This document shows, in pieces, positions 52,881 through 64,000 of a stretch of DNA of 64,000 bases (the stretch's first letter is position 1; each line of letters starts with the position of its first letter). The notes beneath the pieces are model-generated. The model was not told the origin of the DNA and did not search any database. It was given only the letters and a program-made list of their open reading frames with translations. The position numbers and the translations under genes are program-made. Location: assembly GCF_024521635.1 (NCBI RefSeq), contig NW_026250426.1:186001-250000 (forward strand), written 5' to 3'. The stretch comes from Tricharina praecox. Its lineage: Eukaryota.

Positions 52881-52967
52881 GTTGGATGGAGGGATGGAAT
52901 GGGCGTGATGATTAATGATTTGTGATATGTATTGGAATGTATGAACATTAGTGATAGAAGCAATTGG

Positions 52968-53918
52968 TTACACTGCAATCGCCTCGACCTCGTGCCGCCA
53001 TGGGACCCCACCCATAGCTCCCCGCTTCTTGACCGCTGCCCCGGCCGCCCTGCCCGCCCATTTGACTGCCTCCTCAGTAGTCTTACCCTCCATCAGAGCG
53101 ACCGCCAAGGCACCCACAAACGTATCCCCAGCGCCGGTAGTATCTACCACCCCCTCCCTCTTCACCGTGACGCCCTGCCAGCCACTGTTGCTCGCCCCAT
53201 CACACCAATAACAGCCTCTCCCACCCAGCGTCACGACCACGGCACCACACCCCTTCGCTTTCAACCCATCAGCAGCCTTCACCACGCCCTCATTCTTATC
53301 CAACTCCTGCACCTCCACCCCAGTCAATATCGCCGCCTCCGTCTCATTAACAACCAACCACCCAACGTTCCCCCAGCAGCCTTCCAATCCTTCCGCCAAC
53401 GCAGGCGCCGGATTAAAAACCGTCTTGACGCCCCTCCTACTCGCCTGCATGAGCGCCCAGACCACCGTTTCCACCGGCACCTCCAACTGCAGCACCAGCA
53501 GTTCCACACCATCCCACAACGCTTTCTCCCGCTCCACCAACGAGCGCACACTCACCGCGCCATTAGCGCCAGGATGAATAAGGATTCTATTCTCGCCGCT
53601 CGCCTCATCAACAATGATGACGGCGGTGCCAGTGGGGCCGTCCACCGCACGCACAAGTTCCGTGTCGACGCCCGACGCCGCGAGCTCGTCCGCGAGCAGC
53701 GCCGCGAACGCGTCCGTGCCGACGGCACCGCACATGCGCACGTCCAGCGAGGAGCGCGACGAGAGCCGCGCGCACGCTACTGCTTGGTTCGCGCCTTTGC
53801 CACCAGGCGCGATGCTGAAGCCTGATGAGGTCAGGGTTTCGCCCAGCGCGGGGAGACGCGGCGTCGTCGACACGAGGTCGGTGTTGAGACTGCCGATTAT
53901 GAGGATGGCGGGCGACAT
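52968..53918 (-). CDS. RBK1: Ribokinase (PfkB family), intronless
   Basis: GSLNTD, GGKGANQA, GAVGTD, GENRI..GAN, LQLE, NPAP, NETE and DTTGAGDTF. Confidence 0.92.
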   Translation of the reverse strand: MSPAILIIGSLNTDLVSTTPRLPALGETLTSSGFSIAPGGKGANQAVACARLSSRSSLDVRMCGAVGTDAFAALLADELAASGVDTELVRAVDGPTGTAVIIVDEASGENRILIHPGANGAVSVRSLVEREKALWDGVELLVLQLEVPVETVVWALMQASRRGVKTVFNPAPALAEGLEGCWGNVGWLVVNETEAAILTGVEVQELDKNEGVVKAADGLKAKGCGAVVVTLGGRGCYWCDGASNSGWQGVTVKREGVVDTTGAGDTFVGALAVALMEGKTTEEAVKWAGRAAGAAVKKRGAMGGVPWRHEVEAIAV

Positions 53919-54308
53919 TGTGGCGAGTGGTATGGCTGCGGGTGCTCTGGACGGAGCAAAGGTGGGAAAGAAGATGAGATAGATATCAATATGAACGTTG
54001 GATTGGTCGTTGGCAACTTGGTGTAATAGCGTGCGTGCTCACATGATACCCTTCGCCAGGCAGCGCTAGCACATGCGCGTAGGCCATCTCAAGCATCGGT
54101 CATCTCGCACATCGGCCATCTGTGGTCCGCACCATCAATGAAGACGTGGAGAAGCGGAGAAGCGAAATCTCAAATACCATACATATCATACAAACTGGAT
54201 ATCCGCAATCTAAGATTATCTCAACATAAATCAAACCATCATAACCGAAGCCAAAACAGAACCCAAAAACAGTTCGTCGCGTAAAGCTCATACAAAATGC
54301 CGTGTCGT

Positions 54309-55316
54309 TTACAGCTCGTCGGCCTGGACCTCCCACACCCTCTCATCCTCTTGCTGACTCTGCTTAATCATCTCCTCCATCATATCGTGCCCCACAAACA
54401 TGGCATTCAACCAACCCGCCATCCTGAACCCGGCGATCGCCACCTGCTTCTCGACAATCTGTGTCGCACCTTCATAATACGTGCCATTCAGCTCCATTCC
54501 GTCGAATCCCTTGGGGTACGTGCCAGGGAGCACATAGTCGCACATAATCTTGTTGGTCTCGACGGCCCACGAGAGGGCGCACTCGGTGCCCTTGGATATG
54601 TCGAGACACGCGCCCCACAGCTGCTGTCGTTCTGTCGCATTCGACCAGCGTCCGTTGACAATCTCCTCGTAGAGATCGTCTGACCAGGTAACGGCGTGGC
54701 GGATCGAGTTTCCGCCCCGAAGCTTCTCGGGGATCGCACTGTCCCACACGTGGTGGAGGTTCGTGTCGTGCCCGTCGAAGCCTACGTGGATGCTGTTGCC
54801 GCCACGCAGGAGGTCCTCGGTGTGGAGGGGCTGATGGATATCACCTATCGCGCCCACCCAGTCAGCCGTCGCTCACGCCTCCCTCCCCCGCCCCACACAC
54901 CACAACTCACCTAAGAAATGAATAACCCATCTCAGACTCTTCTGCCTCTCGGCCCAGTCGAGGTGGGTATCGACGACTCTCTGGGTATGATTCGCGATGG
55001 CAGAGACGATGCATCCCTGGGCGCCGCCACAGTCGCGCGAAAAGTCTATGCCGCAGGCATGCGGCGGCGCGTCCTTCGCGTCGATCCAGTGCCACGGCGC
55101 CGAGAACCGCCCCTCCGCCGTGTGCGCGTAGTAGTCCGCCCACGTCGACGCCGTCACCATCGACTGCGGCTTCAGGATCTGCCGGATCTCCCGTGCCGCG
55201 TCCCGGTGCAGGAAGCGCGACGCCAACAGCGCCGTCGTCCGGTGCCCTAACATCCCCCAGCCGAGGACGGCGGGCGCGAAGAGCGTGAGCAACAGGAGGA
55301 GGTGCTGGGCGTGCAT
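54309..55316 (-). CDS. S1/P1 family nuclease with signal peptide
   Basis: Signal peptide, then mature N-terminus WGMLGH, followed by WAD, WHWID, HFLGDIHQPLH, GGN and NLHHVWD. Intron 54910-54845. The protein ends in ADEL. Confidence 0.95.
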
Positions 55317-55803
55317 GGTCGTGGATGGGTATAGTAGTATGGTATGGTAGGTATATGTGGTGAAGGTGAGTGAAGGTGAGTGAAGAAGGTTCAGAGAGCT
55401 GAGAGAGCTGGGAGAGCTCGGGGGGTTGGCTGCTATCTGCTATCTAGCTCGGTCAGCTGCGGAGCTACATTACCGTATCTACATTAGATTGCGTGGCTTG
55501 GTTTCCGCAACCGGATCCTGCAAGGAACACGAAGCAGGGATGTGGTAACGTGCATAGTAATACCGAGTGCTCTTTAAGAAATCACTTGAGATCACGGACC
55601 TTGAATGGAACATCTCGGGTTCTATTCATTGTGAATAAGCCTGTACGCTCTCTCTTCCCCACCCAAGTAAGAGGCCCTCCACGCCCTACCTTTCCGTGAG
55701 AGCAAACACACTCAAAAAAACAATATGCTCGCCGCTCATGGGAAAGCAAAGCCCCAGCCTCTATAGTAGAACTTCGAGCTTGCCCTCATTTCACCATTAC
55801 CTC

Positions 55804-56998
55804 TAGTGTTCAACAGAGTTCAGTCCGTCCATCCTGAGCCTCGGACTGGACTGGACTGTATCTTGGCAGTCCGTCCGGGTGCAGTGTTCGGGCGGACTGG
55901 TCAAAAACATCGAGGGCGGGACGGACTGCAGTCGACTACAGTCCGATACCAAGAAATGAAAAATAATCTTAAGTTTCGATTCTACATCTGGATGGGCTTC
56001 CTGAGGGCGGCAGAGGTAAGGAAGCAAACACTCAAAGCCGTCGAACAGCAATGCGTAGTGTGAGACTCTGTCTGATCATTGTTTAACTAACGTACATGAC
56101 CAGAACCACCCAAGCTAAGAACTCAAAGAGTGGTGTTTCAGCACCCAAAGGCGGTTTTTTTCTTCGGTCATAACTGCAACAATACCGTAGAGGATGCTGC
56201 GGATACAGCCTTTGAAGTTTAAATCACTACCCCAAGCAACACTCTTGTTGAGCTCCACACCAGCCCAAACGTCACGGCGGTTCGACGTACTTACAAAAGA
56301 AGTTGATCTCGTTCCGGCATTATCCGCTGGGATTATAACACCAAATATCACTCTATAGCAACGGTGCCTCCCAAGCTTCCGAGTGGGTCATCTTTGCAAT
56401 CGACCAGTGTTCTCCATAGTCCAGTCCGGTCCAGTCCGTCCGGACTCATGGACGCGACCGGTCTACATATCATACATCCAGTCCGTCCGGGGGTGTCTGT
56501 CGGACTGACTACCTAGTCCACCAGTAAGGTCGGACGGGACGGTGCAGTCGACTGCCAAGACCGGCAAAAAATCACAAGGTGACATGATATGAATCACAAG
56601 AAAAAAAGCTCCACGAGAATTATCGGTGGTTGTAGTGGCTGAGGGAAGCACTCCATGAGTGAAATATGCGCACGGGCTCAAGATGACCCCGCGGCATTGC
56701 TGGTACTGGACGACGATTGTGGCGCAGCTTTGCTGGTACGTACTTGACGAAATTGAACACATGATACATAGTGGGAAATACTGTCATGTTTGGTAGGGTA
56801 AGTGCTGAAAAGAGTGGCAGTTTTTTTCCTCACTACCGGACTGCAGTCGACTGCAGTCCAACGTAACCCCGTCCAGTAGATTGGCGGACGGGGCGGACTA
56901 CTTCAATCCCGTCCTCCAAAAGGCACGGACGGGACTGGATCCATCTTGGCAGTCCGTCCCGTCCGGACTGCAGTCGGGACGACGATGGGGGAATCTTC
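55804..56998. mobile_element. Degenerate non-autonomous DNA transposon (hAT/MITE-like) remnants
   Basis: Two related ends, TAGTGTTCAACAGAGTTCAGTCCG (55804) and CAGTGTTCTCCATAGTCCAGTCCG (56405). Dense GGACTG/CAGTCC motifs on both strands, palindromes at 55922-55945 and 56838-56859, and a degenerate inverted end near 56980-56998. No transposase ORF seen. Confidence 0.55.
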
Positions 56999-59900
56999 CT
57001 TGCGGTTGTACTTATTCTGAGCCATGGGGTTGCATTGGGCTCGGAGTAGCACTACCTACCTATTTTCAGTATCTTGAGGAAGGAGCGCCCGCCCGCCGCC
57101 CGGGCTTCTTATTGTGCGAATTGCCGACGATGGATGGATGGATGGAAACGAACCGAACCGAACCGAACGATTCTGAAGGCCGAAGCTATTAACTATAGCT
57201 CAGCCCGATATCTCCGTATTTCCACAGGCTATATACCTTCCTAGATCACATCACGGTTCTCGCACACGAGTGCGAGATTGTGATGACGAACCTATCATGT
57301 ACCTGGTAGGCCACAAGGTACGGTATGTATTACATTGCTGTACGTTGCATAAGTACCTATCACAAGACTCCGAAATATCTACCGAGGGGCCCGGACAACG
57401 GCTGTGCCTCCTAGGTATCCCACATGCTCCCCGCCTCTCCGATTACTAACTCAAGGAGTCGCACGTCCCGCCGTGCCGTGTGGCCACTGCCCACCGGAAA
57501 GGAAAGAGGCGCCCTTACCTATGTACCTGCCTACCGCACCGGATAGACTACTTAGGTACTTATGTAGGTACCCCGACGGGCATGCAGAAAGAAATATTTG
57601 GATAGCCGAGCCATGATCGATGACTGCAACCACACAAAGGAAGCCGAAAGTTCGAGGTGCCGGTTAGCAAGAGGAATCGTCAGAGAATGCACCAACTCCC
57701 CTTCAGCCTTCTAACCATGCCAATATTGCTAAGAAGAGCCCCCAGGAGTCCAAGACGCCTGTCGTATCTTCGCTTCACAGAGGCCAAGCCGTTAGGAAAA
57801 ACGGCGCCGGAAACGTTCTTGAATGTGATTCTCCAAGCCGCTCACTGGGCAAGCCGCTCAATGACCAAGCAGCTACGGGGAAGCAGTGACGGATGGGACA
57901 TTATGGTTCTGCTGGTAGGTAAGTACTTAGGCATGGCCTTGTGCCGTCGACAAGATGACGACTGCAACCTCCCGACATGCCCACAGCTAACCAATGCGAA
58001 CCACTCCTGTTCCATTCAACTCAGGACGAGGCGCACATCGACTTTTTTCCGACCAGGATCTTTATTTGCGGCTCTGATTCTCCAGTTCAGTTCAGGGCGT
58101 GAACGCTGATGATCCTAGGGGAATTCTGGAGCGTCGCATCTCGGAAGCATCTCCTGGAAATTCAAATCTGAGGTTTACATAAAAATGGTTTTGCTCATCG
58201 ATCCGATCCTAGGTCTCCCTGGTGCAAGACCGCAAAACATCTCCCAGCGAATGTTTGACGCCTACGTACCGTACCGTAGCTGGATGAGTAATCGATTCCC
58301 GGCTCGCAATACATATACCCGGTTCGCAGCGGTAGGTAGGTCTGTATGGGATTGTAATGTAACCAACCTGGAACCCGTCGCACCATCAAGATTCAAACGA
58401 ACAGTCGCCGCCCCAAACACTCACCCCCGCCCCGCCCCTCCCCTCCCCTCGCTCCGCTTGAAGTCCGTCTCGGAATCGCTACAATATGCCTCACCGGCCA
58501 GTACCTATCACGGCACAGGTTACAGGTACACACTCTCACTTTCACTCTCACTCGCAGTGATGCAGTGATGTAGTGATGTAGAGTAGAGTATGCCAGTATG
58601 AATTGATTAGTTCGAACTTCGCGCATGACCGCAGATCGGTATACATAGCCACGCAAGCCGGGCGAAAGGCGTCACCAAGACTCCGACTAAATTATCTAAA
58701 TATCATTTGTACTAGCACCACCTGCGGATTTCAATTGTCGTCACCACCACCACCATCACCACCTTGACTTGACTTGACTTGACTTGTCACTTGGCTGACC
58801 GGAGGGATGACGATGCCAACGCATACGAAGTTCGAAGTTCGAACTGCCCAAAACAAAAACAAAAACAGGAACTTACGGGCGAGAGGAAAGGACGTATGTA
58901 TACCTAGTAAACGAATGTAGCAGTTACGTACCTATAGAAACTCGCTTGCAAGCTGGAACTAACTAGGTGCTGACTCTGAGCCTTGAGGAAGCCGCGGAGG
59001 AGGGGGGAGGGGGAATCTCACGTGTTATGGATAGTGGCATGGCATGGCCCGTGAAAGCGAGGGAAAGCGAGGGTGGGAGAGAGACGAGACGAGACGAGAC
59101 GAGACGGGGGTTGTGACTTGTCGATCGCCCGGTGAACAGTTGGTACTCTACATACATGATGTACTCTATGTACAATACATTGAAATTTCGAATCAAATCA
59201 AAGATAGTCAGTTAACTAACTGAGAGTTCTGAGCAAGGACTCAGGAAAGGAGGCCTTTGCTTCACTTTCGCTTCCAAACATAGATCTGCTCTTAGACTCT
59301 TAGCACTAGGCACTAAGGCAAACACGAGCCGGCGATACCATACCATACCTACCGTTCGCTACACAAAGCTTGACCTGTCAGCAAATCCGGGTGGCTGCGG
59401 CAATGAGTTCACTCGAACACAGCATGTGAAGATTAATCAAGGAAGCTCTTTGGTCCGTGTTGTCCAACACTATGGAGTATGTAAGAGAGTACACTGTACG
59501 AGTACATGCCTGTGTGGGTGAGATCTCACGCTACCTACTACTCGAGTGACAAGTCCTCCCACGGATTTCAATTTTCGACTGAAAAGGCATGCCGATGTAT
59601 GTGCTCTATGGTACTCTAGCGATTGGGGGCCACCAATAAACAGCAACTGGGGGAGTTCAATTGGTGGGCAGAATCGGTTACGGAAAGAGAAAGAGAGGTT
59701 GGTTTGTATGGGTTTTGTTCGTTGTGATGTACATAGCGGGGGGATGAATGGCCCCATTCCGTACATGGGCGGGATGGACGATGAGCGAATGTCAGCAGGT
59801 ACATACATACGATTTCTCCGCCGCCACCGCGATTCTTCGGCTTCCGATTGAGCAATACAGTTCCCGCTCCAGCTCCGTTTGGGAGGGTGGCTGGAATCTG

Positions 59901-62132
59901 GAATCTGGATTCTGGATAGAGGCACGATGCGCAAGAGACACTGCGGAACCGAACCTCAAGTTCGGTTTCGTGGTGGTGGTGGCGGTCGTCGTTGGAGTCG
60001 TGGGTAATTGAAATTCCCTCACACACCCACCGCGCGCGCGGGATGCAACCCTCCCCTTGAGGCCACTCTGGATCTCAGACAGCATGAAGCGGCGGGTGCT
60101 GGGGAACCGGTCAAGGCACTCTGTGATAGTACTTCGTCACACCAACCACCACGATCAAAATTGAGGTCGTCGGGCAGTCCGAGTTCCAGCGAGTGGGCAG
60201 ACACATGTGATGCTGTCCATCCTGGCCACCTTCCTTCTCTTCGCAGCTTCACGTCGGTGGGGGAGTCCGGATCACCTACCTGAGTACCTCCCTAGCCGGC
60301 TGCACGCCATCTGGCACTTCGAAGTTCACATCCCCCGCAAAAAAAGACCTGTGCAGAATACTTGGTTTGGTTCGGCGGATTCTCACGGCACAAGCGCTCC
60401 CGAGAGACATACGGCGTCATGCCTCGAAAAGGCGATTTCTTCATGTGCACCGGCGATGTTTGCTCGTTGCGGAAGGTTCGACTTGCTCGCCGTTGACGAG
60501 TTGCCCCCCAAGTTGCCCGATGCCGTTAGATTGGCTCGCCGAGACGGGGTTCTCCAGATGATGCGCGCAACCGATGACACTCGCGCATCGACCACCACCA
60601 ACCACCACTAACCACCACCACCGCCACCACTACACAGCAACCCCACCGAATGCCTCTTTACTCTCGAGCACTCTAGGCAAATCGGATGCTGGAATTCGCA
60701 GCCGCCGCCGCAGAGCCGTTCGACTGTTCTCTCTCTGGTGATGACGTCCGGGAGAACTTTCCAGCGCCGGTACCGGTTTGAGGTGTGGACAATTTCCCGC
60801 GCGAGTCGGTGTGTCCTGCTGTTGGTCAGAGGAAAGGAGATGATTGCACGAGCGTTTCCATCGCGACGTCCCGCGAAGCTGAACCCATCGCCAGGGGCGG
60901 GAATCGGAATGCGATCGCTGCCGAGTACAAGCTGTCGTGTGCGAATGAATGATGTGTTGCGCCGTACGGGGGCTGGTGTTCGCACTGCACTCTTTATTGG
61001 CTTTCCGCGAAGATTTCGACTCCCGATGGGTACACGGTTGCCAGCGAACTGCACTCCTGATCCCCAAGAGGTTGACTGGAGTCTGGCCTACCCAGGTCAT
61101 TATTAGTAGTGAACGTAAGCACGCGGGGGATGATCAGCCACTACCGAGTGACGGCGCCCAGGTCGAGGCCGCTGGAGCCAATAGAATCGCCTGCGCGGCT
61201 TGGCTGGTTATGCCATGAAACGGGAACGCTGCACCAGCAAGTAGCTTGATTGGCCACCGGATGCCCGGCGGACAGATGAGCGCTGCCCTCTGGTGGTCGC
61301 ACACCGCCGCACCGTCAGCTCCGCCCGAATTCTCGCTGTTTTATCGGAACCCGACGACCAAGTCGCTCGCAATTCGCATTGGAGGAGCACGAGGCATGAG
61401 GAATTCTGTCCTCCCCTTTCTCCCACATATCAATTCTCCCTCCCGCCCCACCCCGGCATATGTATGGCCACCGATTGATTGACGAGGCACGCGAGTGGGT
61501 CTCCCAGAAGCCAGTCAACATTGAGTCTCGCCCTCTCGCCGCAGGATCTTGAAGTCTCACATGTATTAGTGGGCAGTCAACATCGAGGGGGCTGGCTAAG
61601 CACACACTATCATACCCCGCAAAAAAAACCATCAATTAACCGCAGCTGCTTCCGCCTCGGCATCGAGCCACGAACGCCCTACTGGGGGTATCCCGGCACT
61701 GCCAGGGGATTTGCAAGCGCGCACCAACTTCCAAGCCCCCCCCCCGAGTGGGTAACTGTAGTTTGATATCGTGGCCACCAAACTGCCCAGTACGGCAGTC
61801 CCCACACTCTCTCTGAGCACTCGGCTTATCCTCGATACATGTGAATTATGTCACCTCCGCCACTGAGGCACAGGAAATAGCCCGCAGCCCACATGTCGGA
61901 TAGTGTCTGCCCGCCCCCCTTCCTGTGCCATTCTGCTGCCCTCTTGGGACATCGAGGGATCTTGGAGCGTATAAAGAGGGTGGTATCCGTACCTGCTTCA
62001 GTTGCTGTTTCATCACTGTCCAGAACACATCCGCTCTTCCAGTCCATTCGGTATATATACATTCGCTATCCGCTCCCGCATCCCACACTCGCTTCAGCAA
62101 GAAACCCCCCCAGACAAACCCCAACCGCAAAA

Positions 62133-62745
62133 ATGAAGTTCTCCACCGTCGCTATTGCCGCTACCCTCGCCGTCGTGGCCTCTGCCCAGCTCGATGCCTT
62201 CCCCGCCTGTGGTGTAAGTCTCCGCGTCCGCCCTCGAATAGCCGCACCGATACTAACTTTCCTACCAGCTCTCGTGCCTGACCTCGAACGTCGGCGCCAC
62301 CGGCTGCGACCTGACCGACTTCGCCTGCTCCTGCTCGAACACTGCCTTCATCGCCGCCGCGACCTCGTGCATCGACAGCGGCTGCGAGGTAGCCGACCAA
62401 GAGAAGGCGCTCGCCGCGGCCGTCGGCCTGTGCAAGTCCGCCGGCGTGGACATCAGCCCGCCCAGCGGGACCTCTGCAGCCGCCACCACCGCGAGCCCCA
62501 CGCCCGAGCCCACCAGCACCGAGGCCGCCGAGCCCTCCACTTCCGAGCCCGCCGCTGAGCCCACCTCCTCCGAGGCCCCCGCTGAGACTACCACCCTCGT
62601 CCCCTCCGCTAAGCCCTCCAACGCTACCACCAACGGAACCATCACTCCCCCCGTCGAGACGCAGCCGCCGTCCTCCGGCGCGTCGCGCATGGCCGCCGCC
62701 ATGTCCGTTGTTGGACTTGGCCTCTTGGCCGCTTTCGCCTTGTAA
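62133..62745 (+). CDS. CFEM-domain, probably GPI-anchored cell-surface protein
   Basis: Signal peptide MKFSTVAIAATLAVVASA and intron 62214-62268. Eight-Cys CFEM PACGLSC...GC..TDFACSC......SC...GC......LC, a Ser/Thr/Pro stalk, and the hydrophobic tail SSGASRMAAAMSVVGLGLLAAFAL. TATA-like TATAAA near 61970. Confidence 0.95.
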
Positions 62746-64000
62746 GCTGGCCGCTTTCGCCTAGCCTGATGGATGTGTGGGATGATTGGACGCATTAATG
62801 GTACGACGGATCGATGGGATGGGACGGGATGGATGAACGGATGGGGAAAAAAATATGTATCAATATCTACGTCTTTTATTTTTGGTGTGATCGTGTGTGC
62901 CTTTTTGTGTGTGTGATTCTTGGACATAATGTTTTCTCTTCTGCTTTTTCTGCCGTGTGTGTGAGCGCACGGATTTACCTATTGAAGGCATCTAAACTTC
63001 TTGACGTTTTTTTTCTCTAAAGAGCCTGTGAAAGTGAATTAAGGAAAGAAATGAGCGCATTGTGTGTAGGAGCGCATAATGCAGCGCTCTGTATGCGTGT
63101 AAGTACAGTACCACCATCGAAACTGCGACACTCGGAGTCGCACAACAAGCCGCGCATCCGGCCACCGCCGGATTCCCAGAACACTGCAGACTCTCCACAT
63201 CACATCAAATCCCCAAACTACACACCCGTACATAACTCCGGAGCGCACATATGTACCATCTACCGAATCGAAACGCGGACTTTCGATCCGGGTCTCGTGC
63301 GCTTCTACTTGGGGGGCACCCACCTACCCACTCGGAGCAGCGCGGATATCAGCGGCGGCGGGGCTGTGGTCGGGGTGGGTGCGGTACATGCGGCGCAGGT
63401 ATGTGTGCGTGCCGGTGTAGTAGGGCACAAACACGAACGAAACGGATGCGGCCGGGATATCCTTGTGGCGTGCGGACGGGCGCGACGTACATACACAGGT
63501 AGATTCCTAGGTATTGTAGTTTCGGCATCCGGAGCCAGCCGGTGGGAAACAGAAATAGAAACTAGGACCGAGGATTAAAGGTTAAAACGAAAATCATGGC
63601 GGAAATCGGCGCTGGTGCTGCGTGGGGCGGGCGAGCGAGTGAGCGATCAAACGCTTTGTGTGCGAGCGATACTAGCATTTTGGGAGCGGGGGACCTGGGG
63701 GAGGGATGTCCGCGTGAGAATCGAGACGAGAGCGGTGTGGTACAAGCCGCGTACTGTGTAGTATGTGATACTTAAGTAGGACCTAAGTAGGTCGGACAAT
63801 GCACCGCAATGGACCGCGATGGATTCCGAGGATGGTGGGCTGTATGTAATAGGTGATGGCGAATAGGTAATAGATAATGGGTGGGAGTAGAGTACTGGTA
63901 TTCTGGTTGGTCGGGATGGTCTACCGGTATGGTTAGTTCGTAGAAATGATAGCATTGGAGGTGAGCGGAAGTTCTGCATTGGTTGTCACTCGGATGGCTT

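Noticed and set aside
56115..56351. Possible hAT dimerisation-domain remnant within the MITE-like region
   Set aside because: There is only an IPA-like trace and no ERxFS motif, so it is not supportable.
60207..60611. ORF with a signal-peptide-like start
   Set aside because: The rest has no recognisable domain and runs into an (ACC)n repeat. It is probably chance.

Overview
This is eukaryotic DNA from a filamentous ascomycete (Pezizomycotina): the genes carry short GT-AG introns with CTAAC/CTGAC branch sites, and fungal-specific Zn2Cys6 and CFEM domains are present. I can support 14 protein-coding genes: a Ser/Thr-rich secreted repeat protein (truncated by the window start), a C2H2-like zinc-finger protein, a PLAC8 protein, an uncharacterised membrane protein, a Pcl/Clg1-like cyclin, a class-3 lipase, a secreted alpha-carbonic anhydrase, SMC5, a Zn2Cys6 transcription factor, DUF2237, an MDR/formaldehyde-dehydrogenase-like enzyme, ribokinase, an S1/P1 nuclease and a GPI-type CFEM protein. 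Family calls come from motifs recognised by eye, and exon models were checked by hand for frame continuity. The cyclin locus is the most unusual part. It has a predicted ~1.4-kb 5' leader almost free of AUGs except one 60-codon uORF, a stop codon inside a hairpin followed by 149 in-frame sense codons, and a ~15-kb gene-poor upstream region. Other candidates are a direct-repeat-flanked 10-bp minisatellite, a hAT/MITE-like relic with palindromes, a putative structured RNA near 2.4-2.8 kb, and a Kex2/Ste13-type processing site in the membrane protein. I found no tRNA, rRNA or CRISPR.
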